From NCBI GenBank assembly GCA_026705445.1, contig JAPPAR010000011.1:10525-74524 (forward strand): 64,000 bases of DNA, written 5' to 3'. This document shows, one piece after another, positions 48,653-58,811 of the stretch. The stretch is from Candidatus Dadabacteria bacterium (GTDB lineage Bacteria; Desulfobacterota_D; UBA1144; Nemesobacterales; Nemesobacteraceae). The notes under the pieces were generated by a model. The model searched no databases, was not told the origin of the DNA, and saw only the letters and a list, made by a program, of their open reading frames with translations. Position 1 is the first letter of the stretch. Every line of letters starts with the position of its first letter. A program made the position numbers and the translations under genes.

Positions 48653-48957
48653 AAGCTATTGATATCTCTTCTGAGCAGCGCGGCGTTCTTCTTGCGCTGC
48701 TTAAAAAGCATCTTCCGAATACCCGCGTCTGGGTATACGGTTCCCGCGCGAGGCTTGCCGCGAAAAAGAGTTCGGACCTCGACATGGTGGTATTTGCCGG
48801 AAGCGGACAGAGAAGACAGGTCGGCGATCTTCGGGAAGCTCTTGAACAGAGCGATCTTCCGTTTCGGGTGGACCTGTTCGTGTGGGATGACATGCCGGAG
48901 AGATTCCGGGAGAAAATTGAAGGTGACCACGTAACCCTTGTTTCCCCTGACCACTAA
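48640..48957 (+). CDS. minimal nucleotidyltransferase (MNT, HI0073-like antitoxin)
   Basis: GSRARLAAKKSSDLDMVVF is the GS-x9-13-DxD nucleotidyltransferase motif. 105 aa. Confidence 0.8.
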   Translation: METVKAIDISSEQRGVLLALLKKHLPNTRVWVYGSRARLAAKKSSDLDMVVFAGSGQRRQVGDLREALEQSDLPFRVDLFVWDDMPERFREKIEGDHVTLVSPDH

Positions 48958-49034
48958 ACGCAGGCGGGAGGGTCATGCTCTGGTTCCAAAGAGAGACGCA
49001 AACTCAAAATGAATCTGCATTTTCCCTGAGTTCC

Positions 49035-49080
49035 GTTGTATAATAACCCATTATGAGCAACGGAAAATCCTTCACGGCGG
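49035..49080. repeat. native nitrilase promoter/start; second copy of the direct repeat
   Basis: See 48089..48134. Confidence 0.75.
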
Positions 49081-49958
49081 CTGCGGTGCAGGCAGCTCCC
49101 GTTTTTCTCGACAGAAAGGGCACGGTCGACAAGGTCCTCAGGCTTATAAAGGAAACAGCGGGAAACGGGGCTGAACTCGTGGTTTTCCCCGAGGCCTTCA
49201 TACCCACCTATCCCTACTGGCCGAAGGATCTCGGGTTCGGGGCCGAGAAAAAGCTCACCATGGACGCCCACGTCGAGCTACACAGAAACTCGGTCGAGGT
49301 TCCCGGGGAGGACACCAAAAGAATCGGCAATGCGGCGAAGCGGGCCAAGACCTGCGTCGTAATAGGGGTTAACGAAAAAGAGGGAGGAACCCTCTACAAC
49401 ACCATACTCTACTTCGGCAAGGACGGTTCCCTTCTCGGAAGGCACAGAAAGCTGATGTCGATTGACAGCGAGAAATGCGTATGGGCGAACGGAACCGCCG
49501 AGGACGTGAGGGTGTTTGACACCGAAATCGGGAAAATAGGGGGACTTTTCTGCTACGAGCACCACATGACCCTTGAGAAGTACGCGATGTTCACCAAGGG
49601 GGAGCAGGTGCACGTGGGTCTCTGGGGAGGACACTCGTTCGTTAAGGACACGATGGATTTCGCGAGCCGACAGTACGCGTTTGAGGGACAGGTGTTCGTC
49701 ATAATCTCAGCCGGCTTCATAGAAGAGGATATGATTCCCGACTCCTTTCCCCTGAAGGAGCATACGATCTGGGATTACCCCGGGGGAAGCGGCATAATAA
49801 ACCCCAGGGGACAGTACATAATCGGCCCCGTATACGGAAAGGAAGAGATTCTCTACGCGGAGATCGAGCTTGACCAGATAATAAGGGCAAAGACCGTAAT
49901 AGACTCCGTGGGGCATTTCTCAAGGCCGGACATATTCCGATTCGAGATAATGGAGTGA
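49053..49958 (+). CDS. carbon-nitrogen hydrolase (nitrilase/aliphatic amidase superfamily)
   Basis: Catalytic E-K-C context (FPEAF..., RKL..., GGLFCYEH). 301 aa. Confidence 0.85.
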   Translation: MSNGKSFTAAAVQAAPVFLDRKGTVDKVLRLIKETAGNGAELVVFPEAFIPTYPYWPKDLGFGAEKKLTMDAHVELHRNSVEVPGEDTKRIGNAAKRAKTCVVIGVNEKEGGTLYNTILYFGKDGSLLGRHRKLMSIDSEKCVWANGTAEDVRVFDTEIGKIGGLFCYEHHMTLEKYAMFTKGEQVHVGLWGGHSFVKDTMDFASRQYAFEGQVFVIISAGFIEEDMIPDSFPLKEHTIWDYPGGSGIINPRGQYIIGPVYGKEEILYAEIELDQIIRAKTVIDSVGHFSRPDIFRFEIME

Positions 49959-50203
49959 TGTTGCTTCGGGCAATCCGCCTTTATTTATTCAGTGATGTCC
50001 CATTCCCTGCCGACAGGCAAGGTCAAGTCCACACCCGGTGAGATAGTTACAGTACCCTTTAACGAACCGGAAATACGTGAGAAAAAACTGGATTCAGCCT
50101 CATCTTTAGGCTCGACCCGAGCGGGTTGTTTTTCTCCGTTCTCAGGTGACAGCTTGTGTCCAGACATTTCGGTAACTCCTTTACATGGTTAGTTTCTAAT
50201 GAA

Positions 50204-50842
50204 TTACGACTTAGCAAACGAAATCAGGGAATCATAGATACCAGAGTCAGCCTCACGCAGTGCCGCAATATAGCGTTCGCGGACATCTTCAGACGCAGTG
50301 AGGTCGGCACCACCGCCCCATGTGAGTTTTTCACCACCATATTTGGCAACTATTACATCGGCAAGCAAGCGCGCGTGTCGGCCGTTGCCGTTCGGAAAAA
50401 GGTGAATTTTCACTAACCGGTGATGAAAAATAACGGCCAGTTCAGCAACACCGTAGGTATTGTGTTCCAGCCAATAAGCGGCATCGTCCAGCAACTTGCG
50501 AAATTCGGTCTGGATGAGGGAATAGTTGACGCCGATGTTTTTGTCGGATTTTCGGTACTGACCTGCCCATTTCCAGACACGACCGAACATGCGCTTATGA
50601 AGGTTCAGGATAAATTTCTCCGAAAAAATATTCTGTTTCGATGCCAAAACAGATTTCCGCATTACCCATCTCCGGGCTTCAAGAATATTTTCCCGCTCGA
50701 AACGGTCCAGATCTTCACGCATTAATATGGTGGGAACGAGATGTTCCTTCTCTTCCTCGCTAAGCGGGGTCTGGCCCTCTGTATAACGATACTGAACCAT
50801 TTCAGTCCCACAGACTGATGGCAGGGTTGCGCACCAACTCAT
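50204..50842 (-). CDS. Fic/Doc-family protein ('mobile mystery protein B')
   Basis: Fic motif HLFPNGNGRHARLLADV. The true start is probably MVQYRYTEG, which overlaps the partner gene. Confidence 0.8.
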   Translation of the reverse strand: MSWCATLPSVCGTEMVQYRYTEGQTPLSEEEKEHLVPTILMREDLDRFERENILEARRWVMRKSVLASKQNIFSEKFILNLHKRMFGRVWKWAGQYRKSDKNIGVNYSLIQTEFRKLLDDAAYWLEHNTYGVAELAVIFHHRLVKIHLFPNGNGRHARLLADVIVAKYGGEKLTWGGGADLTASEDVRERYIAALREADSGIYDSLISFAKS

Positions 50843-51251
50843 CAGCGATTTGGGCGGTTTTCTCCTGCCTGTCGCCTACATCCTGCGCTTCAAGCATCAT
50901 GCTGTGGTCCACAGGATCAACGATATCACGAGCCTTTCTGAGCGCCTGCTTGCGCACGATGTTCCGCAAGGAGCCATCATTTGGAACAAAAACATAAACG
51001 AGCCTGCAATCCAATGCTTCAGCCGCCTTGCGAAGCGACCTAAGTGTAATCGCATCATTGATCTCGTTTTTCTCCAAACGAGCGGCGGATTGCTGTGTGA
51101 TTCCTATACGTTCCGCCATCTGACGAACGCTCATGCCAAGCGAGGTGCGGACAGCACGAATCCAACCGCCAGAGGGACGGTCGCAAACATTCACTCTGGA
51201 AAGGTGGTCATCCAGCGTCTGCAATTGCATATACTTAAATTTGTTTGTCAT
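50802..51251 (-). CDS. XRE-type HTH protein ('mobile mystery protein A')
   Basis: HTH (MSVRQMAERIGITQQSAARLE) and the family pattern, immediately upstream of the Fic gene. Confidence 0.75.
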   Translation of the reverse strand: MTNKFKYMQLQTLDDHLSRVNVCDRPSGGWIRAVRTSLGMSVRQMAERIGITQQSAARLEKNEINDAITLRSLRKAAEALDCRLVYVFVPNDGSLRNIVRKQALRKARDIVDPVDHSMMLEAQDVGDRQEKTAQIADELVRNPAISLWD

Positions 51252-51482
51252 ATCACAGCCTATATTCTGTAAGTAAAACCAATGTTAACAGGATAAAAGC
51301 TGTAAGTCAAGGATAAAATTACAGAATATAATCTGTGACTAGATTTAGGCTTGATTTCCCAAAGCCCTTCGACAATAACGCTGAAAAGAATATAGAAGTG
51401 GCCAAATTTCTATATTTGCAGATATGTTCTGCTTGCTAAATCCCATTTTTTACAGAAACCAAAATTGTCAAAGACGAAAAGC

Positions 51483-51556
51483 TGGCTGGGGCACTAGGAT
51501 TCGAACCTAGACTAGCGGATCCAGAGTCCGCTGTACTGCCGTTATACGATGCCCCA
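51483..51556 (-). tRNA. tRNA-Gln (anticodon CTG), CCA encoded
   Basis: Cloverleaf: acceptor TGGGGCA/TGCCCCA, anticodon loop CTCTGGA, T-arm GGTTCGAATCC. AT-rich DNA begins immediately at its 3' end. Confidence 0.85.
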
Positions 51557-51668
51557 GAATGCGGAGAAAAGATTATTGACTCTAAACTCCGCGGTGTCAA
51601 ACCAAAGCAAACTCCCGCGGCCGGGGTTGATTACCGGCTGACATCTGATAAATTAAGCGGATACGGAG

Positions 51669-52064
51669 GTGGCGCCCGCAAAGGCCGCGCGGCGTTTCTG
51701 GCCAATGGACGAACCGAGCCCGGAAATCCTCGAGACTTTCGAGAACAAAAACCCGGAGAGGGATTACGAAATCGAGATATCGTGTCCCGAGTTCACCTGC
51801 GTTTGCCCGAAAACGGGGCAGCCGGACTTTGCGACCATCACAATAAAGTACGTACCCGACAGGCTCTGCGTGGAACTTAAGTCCCTTAAGCTCTACATGT
51901 TCTCCTACAGGAACACGGGCGAGTTCCACGAGCACGTGACGAACAGGATCCTTAACGATTTCGTCTCCGCGTGCGATCCGAGGTCGGTCGAGGTGACGGG
52001 CGACTTCAACGTCCGCGGCGGAATAAAGACGGTAGTACGGGCCTCACACAGAAAAGACGCCTGA
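51669..52064 (+). CDS. queF: NADPH-dependent 7-cyano-7-deazaguanine reductase (type I QueF)
   Basis: QueF motif E(L)KSLKLY and the Cys-containing CPKTGQPD. The start is probably the internal MDEPSPE. Confidence 0.85.
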   Translation: MAPAKAARRFWPMDEPSPEILETFENKNPERDYEIEISCPEFTCVCPKTGQPDFATITIKYVPDRLCVELKSLKLYMFSYRNTGEFHEHVTNRILNDFVSACDPRSVEVTGDFNVRGGIKTVVRASHRKDA

Positions 52065-52085
52065 ACTTCCCGGGCCCAAGACAGC

Positions 52086-52895
52086 ATGTACGTAAAAACC
52101 CAGGTAATAATCACTGGAACGCTAATATTCCTTATAATTCTGGTCGCGATTTTCGCGCCCGCCCTCTCCCCCTACGAGTACGACCAGACGAATTTCGCAA
52201 ACGCGCTTCGCGCCCCCGATTCCGTGCACCTCATGGGAACGGACCAGGAGGGACGCGATCTTCTGAGCAGGGTAATCCACGGTTCGAGGATATCGATCGC
52301 GGTCGCCGTGGGGACCGCCGCGATGGCCCTTGTCATCGGAACGGTCCTCGGGGCCGTCTCGGGATACGCCGGGGGGAAAACGGACGAGCTGATAATGCGC
52401 ACGGTCGACGTGTTCTACGCCGTCCCGGATCTTCTGCTGATAGTCCTTCTCACTCTCGTTATCGGAACGGGGGTTACGGGCATCGTAATATCGCTCGGAG
52501 TGATATCGTGGATGAGGGTCGCCAGGATAGTGAGGGGAAGCGTGCTTCAGATAAAGTCGTTTGAGTACGTTGAGTCCGCAAGGGCGCTCGGGGCCTCGCC
52601 GCGTATCATTCTCGCAAGGCACATACTTCCTAACACGCTAAGTCCCCTCATAGTCACCGTCACGTTTTCGGTCCCTTACGCAATCCTCACCGAATCCACG
52701 CTCAGCTTTCTCGGCCTTGGTATATCTCCGCCTGAGGCGAGCTGGGGCACGCTTGCGAGCACCGGGTGGCAGGGAATAAGGACCTTCCCCCACCTTATAG
52801 TGTTTCCAAGCATCGCGATTTTCATAACGGCGCTTTCCTTTAATCTCTTCGGGGAAGGCATAAGAGACCTTCTGGCCACGGAGAACTCAAGGTGA
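52086..52895 (+). CDS. ABC transporter permease, OppC/DppC family
   Basis: EAA-like loop and 6 transmembrane segments. N-terminal DppC-type extension. Confidence 0.85.
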   Translation: MYVKTQVIITGTLIFLIILVAIFAPALSPYEYDQTNFANALRAPDSVHLMGTDQEGRDLLSRVIHGSRISIAVAVGTAAMALVIGTVLGAVSGYAGGKTDELIMRTVDVFYAVPDLLLIVLLTLVIGTGVTGIVISLGVISWMRVARIVRGSVLQIKSFEYVESARALGASPRIILARHILPNTLSPLIVTVTFSVPYAILTESTLSFLGLGISPPEASWGTLASTGWQGIRTFPHLIVFPSIAIFITALSFNLFGEGIRDLLATENSR

Positions 52896-54934
52896 TGGAT
52901 CCGAGAAAAGCAGCTCTCAGCGTCTTTCTCCTTGCCCTGCTTCTCCTCGCCGCCGCGGCCGAGGGCGCGCGCGCCAACCACGTCGACTGCGAAAAAGTCC
53001 TGCAATCCACCGAGAAAACCCTCGAGGCGCGGTTTCTCAAGGTTCACTGCCACGCCCGGGAGCGGCAGCACGCCGAGGTGCACGGGGCTCTCGCCGAGAT
53101 AAAGGATAAGCTCATCTTTATAGAGGATTATCTGCTTTACTACGAAGCGGAGGCAGCTTTAGGCCTCGGGCAGAAGGAGAGGGCAGAGGCGCTTTTCCTG
53201 AAGATACTGAAACACCACCCGGACTCGGCGATCGGCCATGACGCCCGTGAGCGGCTTGCTGAAATCCACCTCGAGAACGATCGCCACGCGGAGGCGGAAA
53301 AAACATACTCCCATCTTGCCCAGCGGACCGACAGCAGGTGGAAAAAAGCCGTTTACCTGAAAAACCTCGGCGAAATAAAGGAGAGACAGGGAGACTTCCC
53401 CGCGGCCTCCGAGATATTCGAGAGGATATGGGCAGAGCACCCGGAGGTAAGCTTCTCGGATTACGCATTCGAGCTTCACAAGAAAAACGGAAAAGTCTTT
53501 ACCCCTTCGCCGCAGCAGTTTGAAAAAAGAGGGGACGTCATGTTCGAGGCCGGCAACTGGGAGGGGGCGCTTGAGGCCTTCTCCGGAGCGCCGCGAACAA
53601 ACGCGGTAAGAACGAAAACCGGCATCTGCCTCTACAGGCTTTCCAGGTTTCCCGAAGCCCTGAAGGTATTCTCGGGGATCGATTCCCCGAAGGCCTTTTA
53701 CTGGAGGGGCGTGACTCTCATGAGCATGGAGAAAGAAGAGGAGGCCATAGGCGTTTTCGAGAGACTCCACAGGCTAAACCCCAAAAGCTCCTGGACGTCC
53801 AAGTCGCTTCTTAAGGCTGCGAGGCTTCGCCACCTGCGCAACGAGCCTGAAGAGGCCCACCGGCTCTACCGCCTCGTTATCGAGAAATACCCCGGAAGGG
53901 AAGAGGCCCAGGAAAGCGCGTGGAACATCGGGTGGATGCACTACAGCAAAAAGGAGTACGCAAAGGCCGCCGAGGCTTTCTCCGACCGCGCCTGGGCGAG
54001 GGGGAGGGACCGGGAGCGCTTTCTTTACTGGTACGCTAGGGCGTCCGAGCGGGCGGGAGACAAGCCCGGGGCGCTGTTCGCGCTCGGAGATCTCGCCGAG
54101 TCCCCGAAAATCACCTACTACTCGGCTCTTGCGAAGATGAGGCTCGGGGAAAACATGCTCCCCACCCCGCCTCCCGCCGCTGCCTGGTCGGGGGACCCTT
54201 TCGGGAAAAATCCCGCGCTTAAAAAATTTCTTTTCTTCGCCAAGGCCGGGGTATATGATCTTGCCCTCAGGGAAGCCGAGCTTCTTCGGCCCCGGGCGAA
54301 AACGCGCGCGCAGCGCCTTTACCTCGCCTCTCTTTACCTGCAGGCACAGGACTACAAAACCTCAATAACCCTGGCAAACGGCGTCAGGTCCCCCGAGGCG
54401 CTCCGCCTCTCCTTCCCTAAGGGCTTCGAGGAGCGGGTGAAAGTTTTTTCGCGCAAATACACGCTTGACGAGTTCCTGGTCTACTCCGTCATAAGGGAAG
54501 AAAGCCATTTCGACAAGGAGGCGGTTTCGGTTTCCGACGCCAGGGGGCTCATGCAGCTTCTTCCCTCGACGGCTCTTGAGACGGCACCCAAGGCGGGTCT
54601 TAGCAATTTCCAGGCTTCCCAGCTTTTCTCTCCCGATATAAACCTTGAACTGGGATGCTATTACCTGAGCTGGCTGCTTGAGATCTTCGAGGGCAACTTC
54701 GCCTTAAGCCTGGCCGGCTATAACGGCGGCCCCACAAGCGCCAAGACGTGGTATGAGAAAAACGATGCGCTCGATATTGACGAATTCATAGAGGAAATCC
54801 CCTTTGAGCAGTCAAGGAACTACGTAAAGAAAATCATAAGGAGCTACGTCGCTTACGAGGCGGTCTACGGAAGGGAGAAAGATCAGTTCTCAAGGCAGAG
54901 CTTCGAGAAGTTCCTCAAGATCATGAGCCCGTAG
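52892..54934 (+). CDS. slt: soluble lytic murein transglycosylase (Slt70-like: superhelical N-terminus + SLT domain)
   Basis: C-terminal SLT motif ES...GLMQL...AYNGG. Signal peptide. 680 aa. Confidence 0.85.
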   Translation: MMDPRKAALSVFLLALLLLAAAAEGARANHVDCEKVLQSTEKTLEARFLKVHCHARERQHAEVHGALAEIKDKLIFIEDYLLYYEAEAALGLGQKERAEALFLKILKHHPDSAIGHDARERLAEIHLENDRHAEAEKTYSHLAQRTDSRWKKAVYLKNLGEIKERQGDFPAASEIFERIWAEHPEVSFSDYAFELHKKNGKVFTPSPQQFEKRGDVMFEAGNWEGALEAFSGAPRTNAVRTKTGICLYRLSRFPEALKVFSGIDSPKAFYWRGVTLMSMEKEEEAIGVFERLHRLNPKSSWTSKSLLKAARLRHLRNEPEEAHRLYRLVIEKYPGREEAQESAWNIGWMHYSKKEYAKAAEAFSDRAWARGRDRERFLYWYARASERAGDKPGALFALGDLAESPKITYYSALAKMRLGENMLPTPPPAAAWSGDPFGKNPALKKFLFFAKAGVYDLALREAELLRPRAKTRAQRLYLASLYLQAQDYKTSITLANGVRSPEALRLSFPKGFEERVKVFSRKYTLDEFLVYSVIREESHFDKEAVSVSDARGLMQLLPSTALETAPKAGLSNFQASQLFSPDINLELGCYYLSWLLEIFEGNFALSLAGYNGGPTSAKTWYEKNDALDIDEFIEEIPFEQSRNYVKKIIRSYVAYEAVYGREKDQFSRQSFEKFLKIMSP

Positions 54935-55503
54935 TCAGAACTTTTTTCAGGGTGGAACTGAAAGGCGGAAAGATTCCCCGATATGACTCCCGCCTCGAAC
55001 TCACCCCCGTAATCGGAAAGCAGAACGCCGACGCCGGGATCGTCCGAAACCACGTGGTAGGAGTGAACGAAGTAAAACCAGCTTTGCTGCGGTATCCCTT
55101 CGAGTATGCGGGCTTGCTCGGGCGCGCTCACCCTGTTCCAGCCCATGTGGGGCACCTTCAGTTTCTTTTCCTCGACACGGAACCGAACGACCTTCCCTTT
55201 AAGAATCCCAAGGCCCTCTTCTCCGGGAGCTTCCTCGCTTGATTCGAACAGAACCTGAAAGCCGAGGCATATGCCCAGAAAGGGCCGCCCGCTTTCGATA
55301 AAATCCTTTATTGGCCCGGTCATTGAGCGCTCGCGAAGGTTCCTCACGCAGTCGCCGAAAGCCCCGACCCCGGGAACCACGAGGCCGCTTGAGCCCTCTA
55401 TGTCGCCCGGATCCTCGGTAACGCGGACCTCTATACCCTGGGAGGTAAAGCTCTTCTCGACGCTTCTCAGATTCCCCATCCCGTAATCCACGATGGAAAT
55501 CAC
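54883..55503 (-). CDS. hisH: imidazole glycerol phosphate synthase, glutamine amidotransferase subunit
   Basis: GVGAFG, catalytic GICLGFQ, C-terminal H..E. Confidence 0.95.
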   Translation of the reverse strand: MISIVDYGMGNLRSVEKSFTSQGIEVRVTEDPGDIEGSSGLVVPGVGAFGDCVRNLRERSMTGPIKDFIESGRPFLGICLGFQVLFESSEEAPGEEGLGILKGKVVRFRVEEKKLKVPHMGWNRVSAPEQARILEGIPQQSWFYFVHSYHVVSDDPGVGVLLSDYGGEFEAGVISGNLSAFQFHPEKSSDYGLMILRNFSKLCLEN

Positions 55504-56090
55504 TAGAGCGTCCCCTTGGTCGAGGGAATATCGTTGCGGCGCCCGTCAAGCGCCGAGGCTACATCCATGGATCTTCCCAGAGCCTTGAACATGGCCTCTA
55601 TTATGTGGTGCAGGTTCGTTCCGTGGCGAAACTCGATGTGCAGGTTGCAGCGAAGCGAGTTCGTGAGGGACTTGAAGAACTCCTCTGCAAGCTCCGAGTC
55701 AAAGTCCCCGACCTTGCCCGCGGGAATCTCTCCCTTGAAAACGAAGCAGGGCCTGTCGCTCAGGTCAACCGCCACAACAACAAGCGCGTCGTCAAAAGGG
55801 ATTACGGCGTGCCCGTACCTGGTGATTCCCCTCTTGTCTCCCAGGGCTTCTGAGAAAGCTTCCCCGAGCGCTATCCCGACATCCTCCACGGTGTGGTGGA
55901 AATCAACGTCGATGTCCCCTTCGGCCTTGACCGTGAGGTCGAAGTAGCCGTGCTTTGCGAGCTGGCTCAGCATGTGGTCGAAAAACGGCACCCCTGTAGA
56001 GATATCGAATTTCCCGGTTCCGTCGAGATCAAGCTCGACGCTGGCGCTGACTTCGGATGTTTCTCTTTTTAAAACGGCTTTGCGGGTCAT
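55503..56090 (-). CDS. hisB: imidazoleglycerol-phosphate dehydratase
   Basis: DxHH metal motifs (DVDFHHTVED, HIEF). 195 aa. Confidence 0.95.
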   Translation of the reverse strand: MTRKAVLKRETSEVSASVELDLDGTGKFDISTGVPFFDHMLSQLAKHGYFDLTVKAEGDIDVDFHHTVEDVGIALGEAFSEALGDKRGITRYGHAVIPFDDALVVVAVDLSDRPCFVFKGEIPAGKVGDFDSELAEEFFKSLTNSLRCNLHIEFRHGTNLHHIIEAMFKALGRSMDVASALDGRRNDIPSTKGTL

Positions 56091-56296
56091 TGTTAGACTG
56101 GGCTCCTTTCTTCGCGGCGTAGCGGCTAGTTTCCGCTAATCATTCTATATACAGGCATCTTTTATTGTCAATAAACCCGAGACAACTTGCACGAGGCGGG
56201 TTCTCCGTTTTATCCCAACTGTGGAATTGCGCTTCCCCTTGATTTTCACCCTACGGAAATGCGCTTTGCCTTAATCTTCCGTTCCGGTTCCTGCGA

Positions 56297-56527
56297 TCAG
56301 GCAAGGTCGAAGGCCTGTTGCATGCCAAGCCAAGTTCTCGGAGTTGAACCGAACGCCTTTGACAACCGGCAGGCCATCTCAACGGAAACGGATGCCTTTG
56401 CGTTGACAAGATTGGAAAGTGTCTTGTGCGTGACTCCCAAAATTTCAGCGCACTCGGTAATCGACAGATTCAGTGGTTTCATGCAATCCTCGCGCACTAT
56501 GATGCCCGGATGCACTGGATTTTTCAT
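56297..56527 (-). CDS. higA: HigA-family antitoxin (XRE HTH), orphan
   Basis: IHPGEIL-type N-terminus (NPVHPGIIVRE), HTH ECAEILGVTHKTLSNL. No higB ORF upstream. Confidence 0.65.
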   Translation of the reverse strand: MKNPVHPGIIVREDCMKPLNLSITECAEILGVTHKTLSNLVNAKASVSVEMACRLSKAFGSTPRTWLGMQQAFDLA

Positions 56528-56652
56528 TGCTATAATTCCTCTTCTTCAATCATAATATTGAACATTAATAGTAATCCAAGCAATTGACATCCCCAACCCG
56601 CAATTTTTTCTGTTTTTCAAGCTGTGCTTTTATTGTATAGAATAGTGCGTGG

Positions 56653-57357
56653 TTGGAGGCCCGCCACAGCGAGGTAGCAGTTTTGAAATTCATATTGGTT
56701 CCCGTAAAAGATCTTTCAAGGGCAAACGAAAGACTTGCCTCGGTGCTCAGCAACAAGCAGAGAACCGAGCTTGCCTACGTAATGCTGGAAGACGTGTTCT
56801 CCGCGGTCGGCGAATCGAAGCTCGCCGACAACAAAGTCGTTGTTACGCTCGACAGGAAGGCGGAGAAAATGGCCCTTGAGGAGGGGTTTGACGTAATAAG
56901 GGAGGAGAGCCAGCTCGGGGAGAGCTCTTCGGTTGATCTTGCGATCCAGGTCTGCAGAAAAATGGGCGCGAAATCCGTGCTCGTAATCCCGGGCGACGCC
57001 CCTTTAATAACCGGCGAGGACCTCGACTCCGTCCTTGAGAAAGAGAAGAAAGGCAAGTCCGTGATCCTCGTTCCCTCAGAAGATGAGCTCGGCACAAACG
57101 CCATACTGAGAAAACCTCCCGACAGCATACCCTCGATGTTCGGAAACGACAGCTTCAGGAAACACAGGGAGGAGGCCGAGCGCAGATACGTGCCCTGCGA
57201 CGTCTACAGAAACTTCAATATCAGCATCGACATCGACGAGCCCGGGGACATAGAGACTTTCTCCCACCACGGCTCCCACACCAAGACCTACAGAAAACTT
57301 CTGGAACTGGGATTAATAAAGGAAGAAGCGGGAAAAAACGGGGCGGCGGCCGGCTGA
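56653..57357 (+). CDS. cofC: 2-phospho-L-lactate guanylyltransferase (CofC/FbiD-like, MobA-like NTP-transferase)
   Basis: ILVPVKDLSRANERLASVLS...MLEDV closely follows the CofC N-terminal pattern. The start codon is uncertain. Confidence 0.65.
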   Translation: MEARHSEVAVLKFILVPVKDLSRANERLASVLSNKQRTELAYVMLEDVFSAVGESKLADNKVVVTLDRKAEKMALEEGFDVIREESQLGESSSVDLAIQVCRKMGAKSVLVIPGDAPLITGEDLDSVLEKEKKGKSVILVPSEDELGTNAILRKPPDSIPSMFGNDSFRKHREEAERRYVPCDVYRNFNISIDIDEPGDIETFSHHGSHTKTYRKLLELGLIKEEAGKNGAAAG

Positions 57358-57470
57358 TTTGGACAGAGCCGGGGTCACGACAATTTCCCCTGAACCCTCG
57401 CGTCCGTGCGTTGAATCCTCACGGAGTTCCGGTATAATTTCCTGCTTTTCGAATTACCTTTTTTTCCGGG

Positions 57471-57542
57471 GGCGGCGTAGCTCAGGGGTAGAGCGGGGCT
57501 CTCATAAGGCCTGTGTCGGTGGTTCGAACCCACCCGTCGCCA
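57471..57542 (+). tRNA. tRNA-Met (anticodon CAT)
   Basis: Acceptor GGCGGCG/CGTCGCC, anticodon loop CTCATAA, T-arm GGTGGTTCGAACCCACC. No encoded CCA. Confidence 0.85.
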
Positions 57543-57550
57543 CTTCCCCG

Positions 57551-57949
57551 CTACTCTTCTTCTTCGAAATCCAAAGAGGCGGAATTTATGCAGTACCTAA
57601 GCCCTGTGGGCTTGGGGCCGTCGGGGAAAACATGTCCCAAGTGGGCGTCGCACTTTGAGCAGAGAACCTCGGTTCTCGTCATCCCGTGGGAATGATCGGA
57701 CTTCTCCGCCACGTTCTCCCGCGAGACGGGCTCCCAGAAGCTCGGCCATCCCGTGCCGGAATCGAACTTCTCTGAGAAACGGAAAAGCTTCTGCCCGCAG
57801 CACACGCAGGTGTACATCCCCTTTTCGTGATGGTCGTGGTACTTTCCGGTAAAGGCCCTCTCGGTGCCCTTCTTCCTCGTAACAAGAAACTCCTCGGGGG
57901 AGAGCTCCTCCTGCCACTGCTCGTCCGTCTTCTTCATCTTCTCAGACAT
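57551..57949 (-). CDS. msrB: peptide-methionine (R)-S-oxide reductase
   Basis: Two CxxC zinc motifs and the RYCINSASL catalytic region. 132 aa. Confidence 0.95.
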   Translation of the reverse strand: MSEKMKKTDEQWQEELSPEEFLVTRKKGTERAFTGKYHDHHEKGMYTCVCCGQKLFRFSEKFDSGTGWPSFWEPVSRENVAEKSDHSHGMTRTEVLCSKCDAHLGHVFPDGPKPTGLRYCINSASLDFEEEE

Positions 57950-57956
57950 TGTCTGC

Positions 57957-58811
57957 TCACTCCCTGAGATCCCTCTTTGAATCCCGGGCCTCCCTCAAAA
58001 GAACTGTCAGATTTTCTACATTACCGGAGGCGACGGCTTTTTCAATTTCCCCGAGCTTTCCCGCGAAGCTGCGGATGGCATCCAGCAGCGCCTCGCGGTT
58101 CTCGATGAAAATACCGGCCCACATCTCGGGGGAGCTGCCGGCGATTCTGGTGAAGTCGGCAAGGCCCCCGCCCGAAAAATCAAAAAGATTTCTGTCTCCT
58201 CCCCTCGAAGCCACCGCACTCACAAGCGAGTAGGCGACCGCGTGGGGAAGATGGCTTACGAGCGAAAAGACCTCATCATGGGATTCGGGATCCATCTCGA
58301 CCACCTCGCTTCCAACGAGTGAAAAAAGCGCCCTCACCGTGGAGAGAGCTTCGGGGCTGGTGCTTTCCGTGGGAGTGACAATGCATCTTTTCCCTGAGAA
58401 AAGACCGGGATCAGACTCCGTGACGCCGGATGTTTCCCTCCCCGCGATGGGATGGGCCCCGACAAAGCGGATATTCCGGGGGCCCTTTTCCATTTCCCTC
58501 ACCACAGAAGCCTTCACGCTTCCCACGTCGCAGACCACCGTGTCGGGGGAAACGAATCCGGAAACTTCCCCGGCCACCTGCGCTATGGTGTCGACGTAGG
58601 TCGCGACGACAACTATTTCCGACCCCGACATGCCGGGGCCGATTTCAGAAGCGCCCGTGTCCGTGATCCCGTTTTCAAGGGCGAAGCGGAGTGACTCAGT
58701 GTCCCGCTCGACCCCGAAGACTTCCCCGACTTCCCCCGATTCGCGAAGGGCCGCCGCGAGGGAACCTCCTATAAGGCCGAGACCTACCACCGCCACTTTT
58801 TCAAAAGTCAT
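57957..58811 (-). CDS. tyrA: prephenate/arogenate dehydrogenase
   Basis: N-terminal Rossmann [14 protein letters not shown] and the TyrA family pattern. Confidence 0.85.
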   Translation of the reverse strand: MTFEKVAVVGLGLIGGSLAAALRESGEVGEVFGVERDTESLRFALENGITDTGASEIGPGMSGSEIVVVATYVDTIAQVAGEVSGFVSPDTVVCDVGSVKASVVREMEKGPRNIRFVGAHPIAGRETSGVTESDPGLFSGKRCIVTPTESTSPEALSTVRALFSLVGSEVVEMDPESHDEVFSLVSHLPHAVAYSLVSAVASRGGDRNLFDFSGGGLADFTRIAGSSPEMWAGIFIENREALLDAIRSFAGKLGEIEKAVASGNVENLTVLLREARDSKRDLRE

